Assembly: GCA_043803105.1 (NCBI GenBank) | Contig: JAZDKJ010000012.1 | Location: forward strand, 64,001 to 128,000 | Length of the DNA stretch: 64,000 nt | From: Candidatus Woesearchaeota archaeon | GTDB taxonomy: Archaea > Nanobdellota > Nanobdellia > Woesearchaeales > JAZDKJ01 | Direction: 5' to 3' | Shown: positions 59,809-64,000 of the stretch, one piece after another | Position numbering within the stretch: the first letter of the stretch is position 1 | How the letters are laid out: each line of letters starts with the position of its first letter | Made by a program: the position numbers and the translations under genes | Notes under the pieces: generated by a model | The model's database searches: none | What the model was told of the DNA's origin: nothing | The model's input: only the letters and a program-made list of their open reading frames with translations

Positions 59809-59848
59809 CCGCATATTATAAATACCAAAATCAATTAACCCTTCTAAT

Positions 59849-59921
59849 GCCTCTGTAGCACAGTAGCTACTGCGTCTGCCTCGTAAGCAGAAGATCGGGA
59901 GTGCAACTCTCCCCAGAGGCT
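59849..59921 (+). tRNA. tRNA-Thr(CGU), intron-less
   Basis: Acceptor GCCTCTG/CAGAGGC, anticodon stem TCTGC/GCAGA, T-stem GGGAG/CTCCC. Confidence 0.88.
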
Positions 59922-60120
59922 TTTCAGGTTTTGTTTGGATGTTTTTCCCAGGTTTTTGCATATTGCAAAAAGCTGGTTGGGAGCGCACATCTCCCCAAGG
60001 GCTTTGTTTCGATGTACTCTCATTTTAGTTCAATTTTTTCCCTATCCGCAATATGTTGTATCTGTATAGTGATAACAAAGGAAACATTTATATACTTGTT
60101 CTGCTTGGATTTATCATAGG

Positions 60121-60636
60121 ATGAAAGTCAAAAAATCAATTGAAAATGGCCTTGAAAAGGCCTCCGAATGGCAAATAGCAACTGCAGGTATCCTTGCTTT
60201 GCGGGGCAGGTCTTTTGCGAACAGAGTCAAGAGAAACTTGGTAAAGAATGACAAACTTGATTACTGGACTGAGGTTGCCTTGAACAGGTGGTATGTGCCT
60301 ATTGACAAGATTCCCAGGGAAGACAGGATTTTCTACCACCCACCTACAATAAATCGAATCATACAAGGAAATCTCCTCCCTTCCATGAGACATGGCTCTG
60401 GCATGGGTGAATACAAGCACATTGCGTTGATTCTTAAAGGTTTTAAGGATGTTCCTTTGGAGGAAATCGCCAGCACCAGAACGTACTTCGAGGATGGCTG
60501 TAGCGATTACTCAAGTACAATGGTTAGCGCAGATTTCCTTTTCTATCTTGTGCGCTCAAAAGAAGAAGAAAACATCCTTATGAACGCAAAAAAACCAGTG
60601 TACTTCTTGGGGCCAGAGATTAAATACAAAAGTTAG
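60121..60636 (+). CDS. Hypothetical protein
   Basis: 171-aa ORF preceded by TATA-like TTTATATA. Confidence 0.55.
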   Translation: MKVKKSIENGLEKASEWQIATAGILALRGRSFANRVKRNLVKNDKLDYWTEVALNRWYVPIDKIPREDRIFYHPPTINRIIQGNLLPSMRHGSGMGEYKHIALILKGFKDVPLEEIASTRTYFEDGCSDYSSTMVSADFLFYLVRSKEEENILMNAKKPVYFLGPEIKYKS

Positions 60637-60720
60637 TCAATCGTAAATAAGATTTTCTTCTCCATATGCCAATCATTTCACCACACAAATCTTTATATTT
60701 GCCGAGGATACTTCATCTTC

Positions 60721-61566
60721 ATGGACCTTGAATTGCACATGCATCCCTTTAACAATCTGCTTGAGGATATAGTGCATGCCATGGACTCAAGGAAGATTGG
60801 TATATTGGCTGTTGAATCACTCGATGCTTCGATTTTTCCAAGGGTTCGGGCTGCAGCAAAAAGCCTTTATTCCAATTTAATAATTGATGATGCCGGGGTA
60901 AAGCTTCCCTCAGGAAAGACTATCTGGAATGGAAGAGAATACAGTACCAGTGAAGGATTTCACTTGCTTACCATTGGATATTCGCTTGATACCAGACCTT
61001 ATACTGAGATAAGGAGGATTATAGATATTAGCTTGAAGCACAATGCACAGGTAATCCTCGACCACGGTTTTGTCGACAATAATCTTACAAGGACTGCAGG
61101 TCACATTTCCAGAGAGTCTGAATTTGAGTTGAACGATCTCTGCAAAGAATATCGCAAAGAAATAGCGTTGGAATGGAATGCTTATTGCAAGCCATGGATG
61201 AGGGCCAGCCTCTTGCTCATTTTGAATGCGCTCGGCCACAAGACACGATATTATGATGTGAACAAGAAGGTTGTAGAATTATCTAAGAGCATAAACAATT
61301 TTTATGGCCCGACACAAACTAAGCTTCTTCCCATCCTTACCGGAACAGACTTACATGCTATACAAAGAAAAATGCTTGAACTCATGGGAACTGCTAGGGT
61401 TAAGGCTGATGTGCAGGGAGAAAGCCCTTCAGAAATTTTGGCCTCTTTTAAGGAGCTGGTGCGTGCAGGTAAATACGAAAATACTTATGACTATGTTGGT
61501 TTTGTTCACCTTTTGGAAGCCTTTTGCCTACCGAAATTGTTCTTTAAGGACTATCAAGGTTTATAA
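60721..61566 (+). CDS. PHP-domain-like metallohydrolase
   Basis: LHMH, HLL, LEWNA, GTDLH pattern. Confidence 0.7.
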   Translation: MDLELHMHPFNNLLEDIVHAMDSRKIGILAVESLDASIFPRVRAAAKSLYSNLIIDDAGVKLPSGKTIWNGREYSTSEGFHLLTIGYSLDTRPYTEIRRIIDISLKHNAQVILDHGFVDNNLTRTAGHISRESEFELNDLCKEYRKEIALEWNAYCKPWMRASLLLILNALGHKTRYYDVNKKVVELSKSINNFYGPTQTKLLPILTGTDLHAIQRKMLELMGTARVKADVQGESPSEILASFKELVRAGKYENTYDYVGFVHLLEAFCLPKLFFKDYQGL

Positions 61567-61609
61567 AGAATACATACCCTTTTTAAATCCCAATAGCTTA
61601 CTGCCGCTC

Positions 61610-64000
61610 ATGCAACGAGAGTTCAAGTACTATCCAGAGGATTTCAAGCCCTTGCCAGTCAAGGTCCTGCACATGGATCTAGTGTTTCATGTTTTTGATG
61701 ATCATACTAATGTCTCTTCTGACTTAAAGTTGTTTTCCTTAAAGGATTTGAGGGAACTTAGGCTTGATGCCTCAGACCTGAAAATTCTTAGGGTGTCCTG
61801 CGACAAGGCAGATCTGACTTTTGAAGTCAAGCCTAAGGACAATAAGCTTCTATTGAATTTCAAAAATGTTCTTAAGAAAGGTAAAGAATTTGTTATTCAT
61901 ATCGAATCAGTCTGCAGGCCAACCAAAAACATTCTGGAAGGCCTCTATTACGATGTCACACCGCAAGGTGCGCCTCCGACAATGATAACCCAATGCCAGC
62001 AGTGGGGTTTCCAAAGAATTGTTCCTTGCTTTGATGACAACACAGCAAAATGCACTTACATTACCAAGATTATCGCAGACAAGCGCTACACCCACTTGAT
62101 AAGCAACGGTGATATATTAGTCCCGAGAAAGACCATTGGTAACCGGTCCGAGATAGTATATGCGAATACAAGGACTCCTATGGCACCTTACCTGTTTTTT
62201 CTCGGTGTCGGCACTTATGATGCATTTTCTCGTGAATTTGAGTACCCTGACAGCTCAAGGTTCATGCTTGAGTTGCTGGTTTTTCCTGGTTCAAGCAAAG
62301 CCTCTGCCAATCAAGCCCTTGACATTCTAGTTCACAGCATTAACTGGATTCATGTCTACACAGGTCCAGAATGCTGGAAGGATTTGGAGCAAAGAGATAA
62401 ATTGTTCAAGCTTATCATGGAAAGAGAACAGTTGAAAACCAAAGGTACTGACCTGACTAAGATTAGGGAAGAGATTAAGGTTATGGCTTCGAAGTTATCA
62501 TTGGGCTACAAATACACTGTTACAGTATATCGTGAAATTGCGATGCAGAACACCAATTTTGGTGGCATGGAGAACGTGGGCAACACCACAATTACTGGTA
62601 ACAGGATAATGCCTTCTGAGCACGCTACAGATCCTGCACTGGAGTACATGATACGTGTCAAGGTCCATGAGTTTTATCATAATATCAATGGTTCTGAGGT
62701 CACATCAAAGACCCCTTTTGAGTTCTGGCTCAACGAAGCTGTCACTGTATTTGTTGACCAGGCATATCACGAATTCGTTATGGGCAAGGATTACGCAAGA
62801 TTGTATGATGTCCTAAGGCTTATTGATCCGACAGCAGGTACTTTCGAAGAGGATTCTGGCACCCTGTCCATGCCTATAAAAGCCTCAGCCTTCAACAGCC
62901 CCAACGAACTTGTCTCTAATGTTGTGTACAGCAAAGCACCTGAGTTTGTTAGGATGATTAAGCTGATAGTGGGAGAAAAAAACTTCTACGCAGGCCTTGA
63001 CCTTTACCATAAGCGCTTTATGCACTCCAACGCAACTAGCGACGATTGGATTGCTGCCATGGAAGAAGCATCCGGTTTCAAGCTAAAGCAGATGGCTGAC
63101 TCTTGGCTCACTCAGATTGGTTATCCTAAGGTCTTTGCCAGTCTGAAAAGCAAAGCTGATACTCTGCAAATTAGCCTTCGCCAGGAAGGTTATTCTAAGA
63201 TGCCTTGGCAGTTCCCCTTTGATGTTGCAGTCCTTGATGACAAAGGCAATACTTGTTGTTCACAAGTCAGATGGGTCAAGAATAAAACTGATAATCTTGT
63301 CTTAAAGGGTGTTCCCAAAAACCCTATCGTTTCTATGCATCGAGGCTTCTCCTTTTACGGCAAGCTTTTTGCAGATCTGCCAATCCAGGACCTCTATATC
63401 CAGGCAAGGCTTGATTCAGATATCCTGGCAAAATACATGGCCTTCTACAAGCTTGCCGACATGCAGAAAATGAGATTGCTAAAAGGTATGGATCTGGACC
63501 AGGACTTTGTGGACTTGTATTTCTCATTGTTGGTTTCTGCTGTTGAAAAAAATGAAGGCAGCCTTTCCCTCAGTATTTCCCCTTCTGTTGATGATGATTC
63601 AATGTCTTGCATGTATGAAGAACTTTATAAGGCAAGGCAAAAGATTCTCTTTGCAGTTGCCAAAAAGAACCAAAAAAAGCTCCTGCATTTTTACGTCGCT
63701 CTTGCCAAAAAGAGTTTTGAGGGTGATTTTGTCGAAAAGAACTCTCAATATATGAGATGTCGCCAGTTGAAAAACCTCTGCCTTATGCTTCTCTCAAAGC
63801 TTGACACCCAGAAAACTCAGGAGCTTGCAAAGAAGCAGTTTGAGGCCGCGAAAAACGCCACAGACCGCTATGCGGCATTTGCCTTGTACCTGAACTCTTC
63901 TGTTCAAGGCAAACTTTCATTTCTAAGAAGTTTTGAGACGCTCGCTGTCAAGCACCCAGTCTCTTACGAGATCTTCCTCTCCATAGTCGGTGGTCTCGAA
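61610..64000 (+). CDS. pepN: Aminopeptidase N (M1 family), runs off the window end
   Basis: Manual translation: TQCQQWGFQR, GGMENVGNTT, HEFYH...WLNEA, VYSKAPE; absent from ORF track because there is no stop in the window. Confidence 0.93.
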   Translation, partial: MQREFKYYPEDFKPLPVKVLHMDLVFHVFDDHTNVSSDLKLFSLKDLRELRLDASDLKILRVSCDKADLTFEVKPKDNKLLLNFKNVLKKGKEFVIHIESVCRPTKNILEGLYYDVTPQGAPPTMITQCQQWGFQRIVPCFDDNTAKCTYITKIIADKRYTHLISNGDILVPRKTIGNRSEIVYANTRTPMAPYLFFLGVGTYDAFSREFEYPDSSRFMLELLVFPGSSKASANQALDILVHSINWIHVYTGPECWKDLEQRDKLFKLIMEREQLKTKGTDLTKIREEIKVMASKLSLGYKYTVTVYREIAMQNTNFGGMENVGNTTITGNRIMPSEHATDPALEYMIRVKVHEFYHNINGSEVTSKTPFEFWLNEAVTVFVDQAYHEFVMGKDYARLYDVLRLIDPTAGTFEEDSGTLSMPIKASAFNSPNELVSNVVYSKAPEFVRMIKLIVGEKNFYAGLDLYHKRFMHSNATSDDWIAAMEEASGFKLKQMADSWLTQIGYPKVFASLKSKADTLQISLRQEGYSKMPWQFPFDVAVLDDKGNTCCSQVRWVKNKTDNLVLKGVPKNPIVSMHRGFSFYGKLFADLPIQDLYIQARLDSDILAKYMAFYKLADMQKMRLLKGMDLDQDFVDLYFSLLVSAVEKNEGSLSLSISPSVDDDSMSCMYEELYKARQKILFAVAKKNQKKLLHFYVALAKKSFEGDFVEKNSQYMRCRQLKNLCLMLLSKLDTQKTQELAKKQFEAAKNATDRYAAFALYLNSSVQGKLSFLRSFETLAVKHPVSYEIFLSIVGGLE

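Noticed and set aside
1-64000. CRISPR array, cas genes, transposases or integrases
   Set aside because: No regularly spaced repeats with spacers and no recognisable motifs in the ORFs
1-64000. Alternative genetic code or stop-codon readthrough
   Set aside because: Core genes are full length under code 11 and end in TAA, TAG or TGA

Overview
Gene-dense archaeal window, about 43% GC by eye. Gene content and style (bacterial-type gyrase and LeuRS alongside Topo VI, Lrp-like wHTH regulators, a giant surface protein) suggest a DPANN genome, most likely Woesearchaeales. It is mostly core genes: scpB, gyrA, RNase P RNA, Sec61beta, NAC, the S13-S4-S11-rpoD-L18e-L13-S9-rpoN cluster, leuS, SRP RNA, trpS, iscS/iscU, dnaG, rio1-dim2-top6B-top6A, trmI, ABCE1 and a partial pepN. 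Most notable: (1) two tandem stand-alone proteins carrying the NrdD glycyl-radical motif, divergent from an Lrp/HTH/iscS/iscU cluster, possibly a spare-part repair system for class III ribonucleotide reductase; (2) tRNA genes broken by up to three BHB-type introns, including one at 8/9 and three at 59/60, with a palindromic element shared between a tRNA intron and free-standing tRNA-adjacent copies; (3) an aIF5A homologue lacking the hypusine lysine; (4) a 3293-aa surface protein splitting a conserved operon; (5) a candidate structured RNA upstream of dnaG. All calls come from manual motif reading. No database search was run.
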